DNA of 63,752 nucleotides, filler included, from Dehalococcoidia bacterium (GTDB taxonomy: Bacteria; Chloroflexota; Dehalococcoidia; DSTF01; JACRBR01): the NCBI GenBank assembly GCA_041494685.1. It is 4 parts of 4 records of this genome, joined end to end, with 100 filler letters (N's around TTAATTAATTAA, not from the genome) between each part and the next. Parts side by side here need not be neighbours in the genome. Positions count along the whole stretch, not along the records: positions 20,347 to 40,300 come from JBGQBE010000056.1; 3 more parts are not named here. One strand, given 5' to 3'. A program made the translations under genes and the position numbers. The notes beneath the pieces are model-generated. The model searched no databases, was not told the DNA's origin, and worked only from the letters and a program-made list of their open reading frames with translations. Below are positions 20,347 through 30,153 of this stretch, one piece after another; position 1 is the first letter of the stretch; every line of letters begins with the position of its first letter.

Positions 20347-21438
20347 AACGACGAGTTCAGCTCGCTCATCGCCGCGCTCAACGACGCCGGCACCAACACC
20401 GAACGCCTGGTCGCGCGGCTGCGGCAGGAGCGGGCGCAGCTCGAGGCCCTGCTCAACGCCAGCAGCGACGCCACGGTGGCTATCGATACCGACGGGCGCG
20501 TCGTCTACCTCAACGACGCGGCGCGGCAGATCTTTGCGCCGGAGGCCGGCGAGCCGCAGGGCCGTCAGTTCATCGAGGTCGTCCGTGACCACGACCTCAA
20601 CGACCTGCTGGTCGCGGCGGCGCAGCGCGGCGAGCGCAGCGTCAGCCTTGTCGCGTACGGACAGGCGCAACGCTGGATCCAGGCGACGGCCGTGCCGATC
20701 GAGGGCGGCGGCGACTGGGCGGCCCTGGCGGTATTCCACGACCTGACGGAGGTGCGGCGGCTGGACAGCATGCGCCGCGACTTCATCAGCAACGTCTCGC
20801 ACGAGTTGCGGACGCCGCTCGCGGGCATCCGCGCGGCCGCGGAGACGCTGCAGGAGGGCGCGCTCGAGGACGCGGCGGTAGCGCGCGAGTTCCTGGGACA
20901 CATCCAGCGGGAGACGGATCGCATGACGCAGCTCGTCGAAGAGCTGCTCGAGCTGTCACGCATCGAATCGGGCGCGGCGCCGCTGCGCTTCGAGCCGCTG
21001 GATGTGGCGGCGCTGGTGAAGGACACCGTGCAGCGCTTCGCCCAGCAGGCGGAGCGCGCCGGCATCGCCCTCAGCGCGGACGTGCCCGCCGCCGAGTTGC
21101 CGATCATCGGCGATGCGGAGCGGCTCGAGCGCGCGCTCGGCAATCTCGTCGCGAACGCGCTGAAGTTCACGGCGGAGGGCGGCAGCATCACGGTCGGCGC
21201 AGCCGCGGACGGCGCCGACGCAGTGATCAGCGTGCACGATACTGGCATCGGCATCGAGGCGGAGCAGCAGGCGCGCGTGTTCGAACGGTTCTACAAGGCC
21301 GACCGCGGGCGCGGCAGCGGCACCGGCCTCGGCCTCGCGATCGTCAAGCACATCGTGCAGGCGCACGAGGGCAGCGTGGCCGTCGAAAGCCGCCCGGGCC
21401 GCGGCAGCACGTTCACCATGCGCCTCCCGCGGCAGTAG
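20347..21438 (+). CDS. PhoR/WalK-like sensor histidine kinase (5' truncated by the gap)
   Basis: HAMP end, PAS, DFISNVSHELRTPL H-box, NLVANALKF, DTGIGI, GTGLGL. Confidence 0.92.
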   Translation, partial: NDEFSSLIAALNDAGTNTERLVARLRQERAQLEALLNASSDATVAIDTDGRVVYLNDAARQIFAPEAGEPQGRQFIEVVRDHDLNDLLVAAAQRGERSVSLVAYGQAQRWIQATAVPIEGGGDWAALAVFHDLTEVRRLDSMRRDFISNVSHELRTPLAGIRAAAETLQEGALEDAAVAREFLGHIQRETDRMTQLVEELLELSRIESGAAPLRFEPLDVAALVKDTVQRFAQQAERAGIALSADVPAAELPIIGDAERLERALGNLVANALKFTAEGGSITVGAAADGADAVISVHDTGIGIEAEQQARVFERFYKADRGRGSGTGLGLAIVKHIVQAHEGSVAVESRPGRGSTFTMRLPRQ

Positions 21439-21447
21439 CGGTCTTAT

Positions 21448-21711
21448 TCAACCATCCAGCGCCGTCCGCACCTGCTCCGGGCTGAGGCCGTCGACCTCCA
21501 CCGTCTTCGTACGTGACTGCGCGCCCGCTACCAGCGACAGCCTGGACGGCGCGACGCGCAGCGCCTTCGCCAGCAGCCGCACCAGCGATTCGTTCGCTGC
21601 GCCATCGACGGGCGCCGCCGCCACGCGCGCGCGCAGCACCTCGCCGTCCCATCCGTCGATGGCGTCGCGGCCGCCGCGTGGCGTCAGTCGCACGGTGATG
21701 CGGACTGGCAT
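21448..21711 (-). CDS. DUF167 (YggU/UPF0235) family protein
   Basis: VAAAPVDGAAN, GAQSRTK motifs. Confidence 0.88.
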   Translation of the reverse strand: MPVRITVRLTPRGGRDAIDGWDGEVLRARVAAAPVDGAANESLVRLLAKALRVAPSRLSLVAGAQSRTKTVEVDGLSPEQVRTALDG

Positions 21712-21712
21712 C

Positions 21713-22156
21713 TCAGGCGCGCCGCCACATCGTGTGGATCCGCGCGCGGAGCTCGTCGGCCCGCGAGATGAACTGGTACTGCCAGCAGGCGCGCGGCGGC
21801 TCCTTCCAGTCGTCCATCGTCACTTCGACGAACCCGTGGCGTTCCCAGAACGGCAGCGCGTCGCCCGTGAAGAGATAGATGTCCGCGACGCCGGCGGCCC
21901 GCCCCCGCTCGATCAGCGCCCCGGCGATGCGGCTGCCCGCGCCCTGGCCGCGCAGGCGTTCGTCGCAGACGACGCTGCGGACGACCGCGCAGTCGCCGTA
22001 GAATTCGATGCCGCCGCACGCGACGATCTCGCCGCCCCGCTCGCCGACCACGAAGCCGTCTAGGTGCCCCTCGATGAACAGCGGAGGCAGGTCGGCGGCG
22101 GCGATCACTTCGGCGATGCGGGGCACGTCGGCCGGGCGGGCGGTCCGGATGGTCAT
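21713..22156 (-). CDS. GNAT N-acetyltransferase (ArgA/ArsN2-like)
   Basis: Start MTIRTARPAD at 22156; RSVVC..LRGQGAG acetyl-CoA motif; FWERHGF. Confidence 0.82.
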   Translation of the reverse strand: MTIRTARPADVPRIAEVIAAADLPPLFIEGHLDGFVVGERGGEIVACGGIEFYGDCAVVRSVVCDERLRGQGAGSRIAGALIERGRAAGVADIYLFTGDALPFWERHGFVEVTMDDWKEPPRACWQYQFISRADELRARIHTMWRRA

Positions 22157-22185
22157 CTTGGCGGCCGGGGCGGGATGCTTGCTTG

Positions 22186-22345
22186 GCACGGAATCGCCTC
22201 GATGAGACTGCTGATGGGGGTTGACAGCGGTGCGATACTGGAAGGGCGAACGGGTGAAAGCTACCGCAGCCCCACATGGCGCCGCGGCTCTTCGGGCACC
22301 ATCCCCGGCGCGCCGGACAGCCGCATCGCCATGTCCGTTTGCTTC
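22186..22345 (-). ncRNA. Candidate structured RNA (6S-like rod or long 5' leader)
   Basis: TGgTACAAT extended -10 at 22351-22359 (minus strand); long interrupted hairpin that pairs better on the minus strand (G:U instead of A:C). Confidence 0.35.
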
Positions 22346-22474
22346 CGTTGATTGTACCAACGGGCCGCCCGGTCGCGCGTCCCGCCCCGTTTGTCCCTAA
22401 CCCCAGCCACCTCTATCGTTCGAACCACCGGCGCACGTCCGATGCCCGTGCCCGCGCACGACGGAGGAGACCCC

Positions 22475-23770
22475 ATGGCCAGCATTCGCGAGATGTCCGA
22501 GAAGCTCTGGAGCGGTGCGCTGGACGCCGACGACGCCCATCCCGTCCACGCGCGCTACCCCGAAGGCGAGGAGCTGCTCGACGGCGTCCTGTTCTACAAG
22601 GGACTCGCCAGCGCCAACACTATCGACACCGGCGACGGCCTGGTGATGCTGGACACCGGCGCGATCAACGACGTAAAGCCGCTCTTTGCCGCCGTGCGCC
22701 GCTGGCGTGCCGACGCACGGCTGAAGGCCGCCGTCTTCTCACATCACCACGTCGACCACATCTTCGGCGTCACGCCGTTCGAGCAGGAGGCCGCCGAGAA
22801 GCGCTGGCCCCGCCCCGTCGTCTACGGCCACGCCGACCTGGTACCGAACTTCGAGCGCTACAAGCGCACGCGCGGCTGGAATGGCGCGATTAACCTCCGC
22901 CAGTTCGCCATCCCCGTCGAGCGCTTCGACTGGTTTGAGCACTATCGCTACCCGGACGTGCGGTACCACGACCGCATGACCTTCCGCAGCGGCGATCTGA
23001 CGTTCGAGCTCCACCACGCGCGCGGCGAGACCGACGACGCGACCTGGACCTGGATCCCAGAGCGGAAGATCCTGCACACGGGAGATCTCTTCATCTGGGC
23101 CGCGCCGAACGCCGGCAACCCTCAGAAGGTGCAGCGCTACGCCGGCGAATGGGCCGCCGCGCTGCGCGAGATGGCGGCGGTCGGCGCCGAGTCGATGCTG
23201 CCGGGCCACGGCATGCCGATCTTCGGCGCCGACCGCATCCGCGTCGCGCTTGGCGACACCGCCGACCTGCTCGATTCGCTGGAGTCGCAGGTGCTGGCAC
23301 TGATGAACCAGGGCTGCACGCTCGACCGCGTCCTCCACGAAGTGACGATGCCGGAGCATCTGCTGGCGAAGCCCTACCTGCGCCCGATCTACGACCACCC
23401 GCAGTTCATCCTGCGCAACATCTGGCGCCGTTACGGCGGCTGGTACGACGGCGAGCCGGACAACCTGCTGCCGGCGCCCCGTGCCGAGCAGGCCCGCGAG
23501 TGGGTGTCGCTGGCCGGCGGTCTCGTGCGCGTGCTGGAGCGCGTCGAGCAGCTCCGTGCCGAGGGTAACCTGCGCCTCGCCTGTCACCTGGTCGAGTACG
23601 CGGTGATCGTGGACGGATCGCAGCAGGTCCACACACTGCGCGCGCGGGTGTACGGCGAATGGGCGAAGCAACAGGAGTCGTCGATGGCGCGCAACATCCT
23701 GAACCACGCCTCGCTGGCGAGCGCGAAGGGCAAGCGCGACCTGGCCGGCGACTATGAGGGCGCGAGTTAG
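22475..23770 (+). CDS. Alkyl sulfatase-like metallo-beta-lactamase-fold hydrolase
   Basis: GGAGGAG RBS; SHHHVDH, GETDD, PNAGNPQKVQRY, LPGHG, GWYDGEP. Confidence 0.87.
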   Translation: MASIREMSEKLWSGALDADDAHPVHARYPEGEELLDGVLFYKGLASANTIDTGDGLVMLDTGAINDVKPLFAAVRRWRADARLKAAVFSHHHVDHIFGVTPFEQEAAEKRWPRPVVYGHADLVPNFERYKRTRGWNGAINLRQFAIPVERFDWFEHYRYPDVRYHDRMTFRSGDLTFELHHARGETDDATWTWIPERKILHTGDLFIWAAPNAGNPQKVQRYAGEWAAALREMAAVGAESMLPGHGMPIFGADRIRVALGDTADLLDSLESQVLALMNQGCTLDRVLHEVTMPEHLLAKPYLRPIYDHPQFILRNIWRRYGGWYDGEPDNLLPAPRAEQAREWVSLAGGLVRVLERVEQLRAEGNLRLACHLVEYAVIVDGSQQVHTLRARVYGEWAKQQESSMARNILNHASLASAKGKRDLAGDYEGAS

Positions 23771-24006
23771 GCACGCGCGTTAGAGCCTGCGCCGGCGGAT
23801 ATTCATCCCACCCCGTTTCGTCGCGCCGCGTCGGGTTCTGGCTTTCCTCCCGCCGCGGACACTGTGCCCGACCAACAAACGCTCGATCGAGTGTGGGAAG
23901 GCGGTGGAGCGACCTTCCGGACGAGCGGGGGACCGCTTCAGCCGTCCCGCGACGGAGCGGCGGCGCGTCCGGTATCCTTCCCGCGGTGGCGTTACGAGGA
24001 GGAAGC

Positions 24007-24819
24007 ATGCGGAAGTTCGGATTCTTGCCGTCGGCGGCGCTGTTGGTCGTGCTGGCGGCGGCGTGCGGCGGTAGCAGCAGCAGCAACAAGACCCCAGCCG
24101 CCACGACGCCCGCCGGCGGTACCGCCGCGGCTGGCGCGACACCGGCGGCGACCACCGCGGCCACATCCTCGAGCGGCGGAAGCGGCGGCGGCGCCGTCGA
24201 TCCGGGGCTGAAGGCGATCTCGCAGACGTTCGCCAAGGCCACCTTCAAGGGCACGTACAAGCTGACCGGCGCCGGCGACCCGCAGTCGCTCGGGGACGGC
24301 ACGATGGTGCTGTACAAGGACGGCTCGTCGCGGTTCCGCTTTGACGTGACGGGCACGCAGGACGGCCAACCCGTCTCGCTCGTCTTGATCGAGAAGGACG
24401 GCGTGACCGTGTTCTGCCTGAAGGACGCGGGCGGCCTCGGACAGGTGCTGGGCGTGCCGGCCGGCGAGGGCGCTTGCTTCAAGACCGACGCGTCGGACCC
24501 CAGCTCGAACCCCGCCGCCAGCCTGAGCCAGTCGCTGACGGACCTCGAGAGCGGCGACGTGACGATGGTGAGCAAGAGCACGCGGTCGATCGCCGGCCGC
24601 AGCGCGACGTGCTACGTCACGAAGTCCGCCGCGAACAAGAGCAATGACGAGGAGTGCTTCTCCGACGACGGCGTCGTCCTCTACTCGAAGGGCGGCGACG
24701 ACGGATCGGCGATCGAGGCCACCGATATCAGCGGCTCGGTGGTCGAGACCGACTTCGACCCGCCGTACAGCGTGCACGACCTGCCGATGACCGGCGGTTC
24801 GCTACAAAGCGGGCAGTAG
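24007..24819 (+). CDS. Hypothetical lipoprotein
   Basis: GAGGAGG RBS; lipobox LAAAC; Ser/Thr/Ala linker; four further Cys. Confidence 0.75.
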   Translation: MRKFGFLPSAALLVVLAAACGGSSSSNKTPAATTPAGGTAAAGATPAATTAATSSSGGSGGGAVDPGLKAISQTFAKATFKGTYKLTGAGDPQSLGDGTMVLYKDGSSRFRFDVTGTQDGQPVSLVLIEKDGVTVFCLKDAGGLGQVLGVPAGEGACFKTDASDPSSNPAASLSQSLTDLESGDVTMVSKSTRSIAGRSATCYVTKSAANKSNDEECFSDDGVVLYSKGGDDGSAIEATDISGSVVETDFDPPYSVHDLPMTGGSLQSGQ

Positions 24820-24870
24820 GCTGGATCGCGCGGCTATCAGCACTGCAAGCATGCTCTGGTCGGTGCGGCC

Positions 24871-25464
24871 GTGATCCGCGCACGCGTCGCCGTGACCGTC
24901 TCGCTGCTGCTGTCGCTCGCGGCGCTCACGCTGGGCGTCGTCGCGTTCACCCGCACCGTACGCGATCACAGCGACACGCCCGGCCGCCTCGTCCAGACGC
25001 GCATGAACAACGACTACGTCGGAGCGCCCGTCTCGTTCCCGCTCGACGACTTCTTCGTCGGCCCGGACGCGAGCGGGCACGTGCGCGCCTTCTACGCCTA
25101 TCCGCCGGGCTACTTCGGTCATCAGCGCGGCTGCAAGATGATCTGGGACCAGTCGGCGACGATCCCCGCGAGCGGGGGCGGTACCGCCGGCCCCGGGCTC
25201 TTCGTCGACCCGTGCGGCGGCGCGCGCTTCAACCGCGATGGCGTGCTCGTGTCCGGCCCGGCTGACCGCAACCTCGACGAGTTCCAGTTCGCGCCCGCGG
25301 TCGACGGATTCATCGTCGACACGAGAACGCTGTATTGCGGCGCGCCGCTGCCGTCCGCCCCCGCGACGCCCGAGGCCGGCGACCTCACCCCCACCGCGAC
25401 CGCCACGCCCGGCCCGCAGGATCGGACCTGCGACCGCGTCTCGCCGAACACGAAGGGCTCGTAA
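24871..25464 (+). CDS. Membrane-anchored Rieske-fold-like protein lacking canonical 2Fe-2S ligands
   Basis: N-terminal TM; GHQRGC...FVDPCGGARFNRDG..VSGPADRNL aligns to Rieske boxes I/II and the GP..R.L loop. Confidence 0.65.
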   Translation: MIRARVAVTVSLLLSLAALTLGVVAFTRTVRDHSDTPGRLVQTRMNNDYVGAPVSFPLDDFFVGPDASGHVRAFYAYPPGYFGHQRGCKMIWDQSATIPASGGGTAGPGLFVDPCGGARFNRDGVLVSGPADRNLDEFQFAPAVDGFIVDTRTLYCGAPLPSAPATPEAGDLTPTATATPGPQDRTCDRVSPNTKGS

Positions 25465-25524
25465 GGATCGAGGCGCTCCGTGACTGATCCCCGTGGCGTT
25501 TGGCGTTCAGGCCGCGCACGCGAG

Positions 25525-26697
25525 CTACAACCTTCGCTCGTGCCGCCTGATCTCCCAGTCGGCCCACTTGTAGAGCCCGTGGCGCAGCGGCCCGAGCTTG
25601 CGCGGCAGGTCGGGGTAAGTGATCTCGCCGCGGATGATCTGCGTCAGGTAGCGCCAGAACGTGCCGTTGTACTTCATCATCAGCACGCTGGCCGCCGGCA
25701 GCCGCTGGAAGATCGCCATCAGCCGCCGCGACGTCAGGATCTCCTCGCCCATCGCCGCTTCCAGCGCGCGCTGGTAGCCGCCCAGGTCCGGCACCTCGCC
25801 GGCGAGCAGGCGCTGCGCCTCCCGCGCCGCCAGGCGGCCGCTGACGAACGCCGCCCAGATCCCCTCGCCCGAGAGCGGGTCCACCAGCGCCGCCGCATCG
25901 CCCGCGAGCATCGCCGCGCCGCGCACGGCCGGCTGGCCGTCGCGCCGCAGCGGCAGCTGGTAGCCGCGGTGTGCGTACAGCTTCGTCTCGTCGAAGCCGT
26001 AGTAGGCGCAGAAGCGCGATAGCTCCGCGCGCAGGGTCGGCCCGACCGCCTTCCAGCCGCCCACACCCACGTTGAGGTGGTCGCCCTTCGGGAACACCCA
26101 GGCGTAGCCGCCGGGGATGCCGCCCAGGTCCAGCGCGATGAAGTGCTCCCAGTCCGCCGTCACGGCCGCGTCGGCGGGGTAGTTCGCCTCCAGCGCCACC
26201 GCGTGCTCGCCTGCCGGCGCGAGTCCGAGCGCCCTTGCGGTCGTGCCGTTCACGCCGTCGCAGCCGATCAGCACGCGCGCTTCGTGCGCATCGCGGCCGA
26301 TGCGCACGCGCGCCCGCCCGTTCACCTCCACCGACGTGACGGCGGCCCCGTCGCGGAAGTCTGCCCCGGCGCACGCCGCGGCTTCCGCCAGGAAGGCGTC
26401 GAGGCGGCGGCGCTGTGTCATGCGGGCGAGCAGGGTAGGGCTGGTGCGGTCGAAGCGCGGCCCCATCGCGGCGCTGACCCGAACGCCGTAGATCTCGCGC
26501 TCGGTGACGGGCGATAGGTCCAGGTCGTTCTCGCTGTCGGCGCGGAACGTAACGCCGCCGCCGCAGGGCTTGTCGCGCGGGAACGACGCCTTGTCCGCCA
26601 GCAGCACCTTCGCGCCGGCGCGCGCCAGGTTCCGTGCCGCCGTGCTTCCCGCCGGCCCGGCGCCGATGACGATCGCGTCCCAGGTTGTCGTGCTCAT
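25525..26697 (-). CDS. Geranylgeranyl reductase family FAD-dependent oxidoreductase
   Basis: [38 protein letters not shown]. Confidence 0.9.
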   Translation of the reverse strand: MSTTTWDAIVIGAGPAGSTAARNLARAGAKVLLADKASFPRDKPCGGGVTFRADSENDLDLSPVTEREIYGVRVSAAMGPRFDRTSPTLLARMTQRRRLDAFLAEAAACAGADFRDGAAVTSVEVNGRARVRIGRDAHEARVLIGCDGVNGTTARALGLAPAGEHAVALEANYPADAAVTADWEHFIALDLGGIPGGYAWVFPKGDHLNVGVGGWKAVGPTLRAELSRFCAYYGFDETKLYAHRGYQLPLRRDGQPAVRGAAMLAGDAAALVDPLSGEGIWAAFVSGRLAAREAQRLLAGEVPDLGGYQRALEAAMGEEILTSRRLMAIFQRLPAASVLMMKYNGTFWRYLTQIIRGEITYPDLPRKLGPLRHGLYKWADWEIRRHERRL

Positions 26698-26738
26698 CCG
26701 GAGTATTGTACGGAAGGGGTGCGCTTACGGCTCACGCC

Positions 26739-27632
26739 TCAGCGCAGCGCGATGATCGCCGCCGCCAGCAAGATGCCCTCGGCGCAGATCGCCGCGACGA
26801 GCAGCACGTACCCGACCATCCGCTCCCACGAGTGGGCGATGAAGCCGAGGCCCAGGTTCAGCAGCAGCAGCGCCACGCCCGTCATCGGCAGCTTCAGCAG
26901 CTCACTCTTCGATGCCACCCGCGTGACGCCGCTGAGCTGCGGGAAATTGAGCGGGATGTTCGCCTGCAGGCCCGGGTACTGCTGGTAGACGTACGCGAAC
27001 ATCGCGAAGAACGTCGCGAACGCCGCCAGCGCCAGCGTCTGCGCCGCGCGATCCTCCCAGAACGGCTGTGCGGCCAGGTACAGCCGGTCCGGCGCCTGCG
27101 GCACTGCCACCAGCGAGCCACGCCGCTGCTGCGCCTGCACGGCCTCGGCGAACGCCACTTCGTCTTCCACGCTCACGGCGTACGACTGACTCGGCGTCAC
27201 GATGTAAAGCAGGTCGGCCGGCGACTGGTGCGTCGAGTAGAACAGCGTGTCGCCGATGCCGCCGTCGATGTTGGCGCGGCCGATGTGGTGGCCCAGCCAG
27301 CTCACGCCCGCGATGTGCGGGTTCGGCAGCTCCCGGCCCGGCACCAGCCGCTCGATCTGCGACATCGGCACCATCTGGCGGATATCGCCCCAGGTGATCG
27401 TGAGGGCGTTGCGGTCCAGCGAGTAACGCAACGTGCCCAGGCTGTACGTCCAGTACGCGAACAGCAGCCCCATGAAGAAGAACACCGACGCCACCACGTA
27501 CAGCGAGATCACGCCCAGCGCGACGTCCTGCGTGACGCCGCGCAGCACAAGTGCCAGCGCGACCGCGAAGCACCACGCGGCCATGCCGCCGCCTACCAGG
27601 CTGCCGATTGTGCGCGGGGGGCGAAAGTCCAT
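26739..27632 (-). CDS. Membrane protein with a bacterial PH-like domain
   Basis: Start MDFRPPRT at 27632; 2 TM, YSLD..LTITWG..VPMSQI PH-like segment, 3 C-terminal TM. Confidence 0.65.
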   Translation of the reverse strand: MDFRPPRTIGSLVGGGMAAWCFAVALALVLRGVTQDVALGVISLYVVASVFFFMGLLFAYWTYSLGTLRYSLDRNALTITWGDIRQMVPMSQIERLVPGRELPNPHIAGVSWLGHHIGRANIDGGIGDTLFYSTHQSPADLLYIVTPSQSYAVSVEDEVAFAEAVQAQQRRGSLVAVPQAPDRLYLAAQPFWEDRAAQTLALAAFATFFAMFAYVYQQYPGLQANIPLNFPQLSGVTRVASKSELLKLPMTGVALLLLNLGLGFIAHSWERMVGYVLLVAAICAEGILLAAAIIALR

Positions 27633-27637
27633 GAGAC

Positions 27638-28585
27638 CTAGCTCTTCGCCGCGGCGGGTTCGGCTACCGGTGACACCGGCAGCACCCAGTCGGCGTACTT
27701 CGCGTTGCGGCCGCGGATCGCGTCGAAGAAGATCGCCTGCAGCTTCCGCGTGATCGGGCCGATGCCGCCGCCGCCGACGGTGCGGCGGTCCACTTCGGTC
27801 ACGGCGGAGATGTGCGCCGCCGTGCCCGTCAGGAACACCTCGTCCGCGACGAACAGCTCCGTCCGGTCGATCGTGCGCTCGATCACCTCCAGCCCCAGGT
27901 CTTCCTTGGCGATCTGGCACACCGACTCCAGCGTGATGCCTTCGAGCACGTTGTCGCTGCGCGCCGGCGTGATCAGCCGCCCGTGGCGGATCATCACCAG
28001 GTTCTCGCCCGAGCCCTCCGAGACGTGTCCGTCGTCGTTGAGCATGATCGCTTCGTCGTAGCCGTTCTCAAGCGCCTCCGTCTTGGCCAGCGCCGAGTTC
28101 ACGTACAGGCCGTTCACCTTCGCACGCGCCGGGATCGACGTGTCCGGCACGCGCCGCCACGTCGACGTCTGGCAGCGGATGCCGGCCTCCGTGTCCAGAT
28201 AGTTGCCGAAGGGGATGGCGAAGAGCATGAAGTCGTCGTCCACGCCGTCCAGCCTGGGGCCGATCACCTGGCCGCTCTTGTAGGCGATCGGGCGGATGTA
28301 GACGTCCTCGCGGAAGCCGCACTGCGCCACGACCTGGGCGCAGATGTTCGTCAGCTCGTCGGCGGACTGCGGCAGGCCGATGTGCATGATGTGCGCCGAC
28401 TGCTTCAGCCGCGCGAAGTGCTCGCGCGGGCGGAAGATCAGCGTCTGGCCGCGCTCTTCGCTCCAGTTGCCGCGCACACCTTCGAACACCGCCGTCCCGT
28501 AGAGGAACGCGTGCGTCATGACGCCTACCTTGGCCTCCTCCAGCGGGACGATGCGCTTCTGGAGGTAGCAGTAGGAGGTGCCCAT
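27638..28585 (-). CDS. ilvE: Branched-chain amino acid aminotransferase
   Basis: THAFLYGTAVFEG, AKVNGLYVNS, EGSGEN, LEGIT, DEVFLTGTAA. Confidence 0.93.
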   Translation of the reverse strand: MGTSYCYLQKRIVPLEEAKVGVMTHAFLYGTAVFEGVRGNWSEERGQTLIFRPREHFARLKQSAHIMHIGLPQSADELTNICAQVVAQCGFREDVYIRPIAYKSGQVIGPRLDGVDDDFMLFAIPFGNYLDTEAGIRCQTSTWRRVPDTSIPARAKVNGLYVNSALAKTEALENGYDEAIMLNDDGHVSEGSGENLVMIRHGRLITPARSDNVLEGITLESVCQIAKEDLGLEVIERTIDRTELFVADEVFLTGTAAHISAVTEVDRRTVGGGGIGPITRKLQAIFFDAIRGRNAKYADWVLPVSPVAEPAAAKS

Positions 28586-28770
28586 AACTCGCGTCCTTTC
28601 TATGGGGGATTGTGCGGATTATAGGCCGTGAGCCCGATTCGGGGCAACCGCGCCGCTTCGCCCGGCGCGGCGGCAGATTGGCGCAGGTGCGGCCGCACGA
28701 TTGACCGCGCCCGGGGCGGTCGCTATCGTCAGCGCACGGTCGCGGGTCGATTACGAAGTGAGGAGGCGCC

Positions 28771-29610
28771 ATGCCGCAGCACGTGATGAAGGTCGGGAAC
28801 GTCGAGATCGTCGCGCTGCTCGACACGTCGGCGAGCGTACCGTGCTCGATGGTCTTCCCCACGGTCGGGCACGGTGACTGGGCGCGGCACGAGGACCACC
28901 TCGACGGCGGCGACAAGCTCCCGCTCTCGATCAGCTCCTACCTCGTGCGAGGCGGCGGCAAGACCGTGCTCGTCGACACCGGCATTGGCGCCAAGGACCG
29001 CCCGTTCTTCGGGAACGGCCGCTTGCCGGAGGCGCTCGCCGAGGCCGGCGTACAGCCCGACGACATCGACATCGTCCTCGCGACCCACATCCACATCGAC
29101 CACGTCGGTTGGCACACCACGAAGCGGGGCGACGCCTGGGTGCCGACCTTCCCGCGCGCGAAGCACGTCTTCAACCGCGCCGAGTACGACTACTTCACCG
29201 CGCCCGCCGTCGCGAGCGACCCCCAGTTCCCGTGGGTCGCCGACTGCGTGCTGCCGCTGCGCGACGCCGCCGAGATCGAGCTCGTCGGCGATGAAGCCGC
29301 CGTGACGGACGAGATCACGCTCCTGCCGTCGCCCGGCCACACGCCCGCGCACACGTCGTTCCTGATCCAGTCGGCGGGCGAGCGCGCGCTCGTGCTGGGC
29401 GACGTGGCGCACAACCCGGCGCAGGTGACGGAGCCCGGCTGGCAGCCGATCTTCGATATGGACCCCGCGAAAGCGTCCGCCACGCGCGCCGCGCTGATGC
29501 AGCGGATCGAGGAGCAGGGCTGGCGCCTTGTGGCCGGCCACTTCGCGCACCCCGGCTTCGGACGCGTCGTGCTGGTCGAAGGCAAGCGCTACTGGCGCGG
29601 GGGGATGTAG
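28771..29610 (+). CDS. MBL-fold metallo-hydrolase (YtnP / quorum-quenching lactonase-like)
   Basis: THIHIDHVG (HxHxDH), PGHTPAH, GDVAH, GHF. Confidence 0.88.
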   Translation: MPQHVMKVGNVEIVALLDTSASVPCSMVFPTVGHGDWARHEDHLDGGDKLPLSISSYLVRGGGKTVLVDTGIGAKDRPFFGNGRLPEALAEAGVQPDDIDIVLATHIHIDHVGWHTTKRGDAWVPTFPRAKHVFNRAEYDYFTAPAVASDPQFPWVADCVLPLRDAAEIELVGDEAAVTDEITLLPSPGHTPAHTSFLIQSAGERALVLGDVAHNPAQVTEPGWQPIFDMDPAKASATRAALMQRIEEQGWRLVAGHFAHPGFGRVVLVEGKRYWRGGM

Positions 29611-29623
29611 CCCGAGTCAGAAC

Positions 29624-30151
29624 TCAGTCGCCCAGCGGCGCCCGTTCGCAGGCGTAGGTCCCCTCTAGTCGCTGCTGTCCGCAGATGAGCCTGCGGGTAT
29701 CGACGATGGTCCCGGCGTCCGTCACCTCTACAGGGAACGTGTCGAGATCTCGCGGCGACGGACCGAACACGCGCCTGCCGGACGAGTCGTATTCGAAGCC
29801 GCCGCACGGATCTGTGAACAGCCCGTGAATCGTCACAGGCCCGTTCTGGAATCCCGCGTCCGCCTGCCATCGAACTTCGCAGCCCATCCCACGAAAGAGC
29901 GGATGCGGATCGTACGTGTACAGAGCCACGGGATGCCCCGTTTCAGGGTGTGCGATGCAGAAGTGGTGCAGCTCGACGCAGAAGGGCTGCGGCGTGAAGC
30001 TGGCGAGATAGTCCGGTGATCCGAGATGCACGAGCGTCCCGCGCACCGGCCCGTCGTCGTCATCGCCACGGAGCAGCGTCACCGCCGCGCCCGTCGCGCC
30101 GCCGATCGCCCCGGCGAGAAGGACGAGCACCGCCACCCATCGCCAGGGCAT
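29624..30151 (-). CDS. Second membrane-anchored Rieske-fold-like protein lacking canonical ligands
   Basis: Start MPWRWV at 30151; YDPH......GC...FTDPCGGFEYDSSG..VFGPSPRDL. Confidence 0.65.
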   Translation of the reverse strand: MPWRWVAVLVLLAGAIGGATGAAVTLLRGDDDDGPVRGTLVHLGSPDYLASFTPQPFCVELHHFCIAHPETGHPVALYTYDPHPLFRGMGCEVRWQADAGFQNGPVTIHGLFTDPCGGFEYDSSGRRVFGPSPRDLDTFPVEVTDAGTIVDTRRLICGQQRLEGTYACERAPLGD

Positions 30152-30153
30152 CG

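Noticed and set aside
23915..23990. c-di-AMP (ydaO) riboswitch suggested by GAGCGGGGGACC
   Set aside because: The downstream GGGGUGAAUC and other conserved elements are absent
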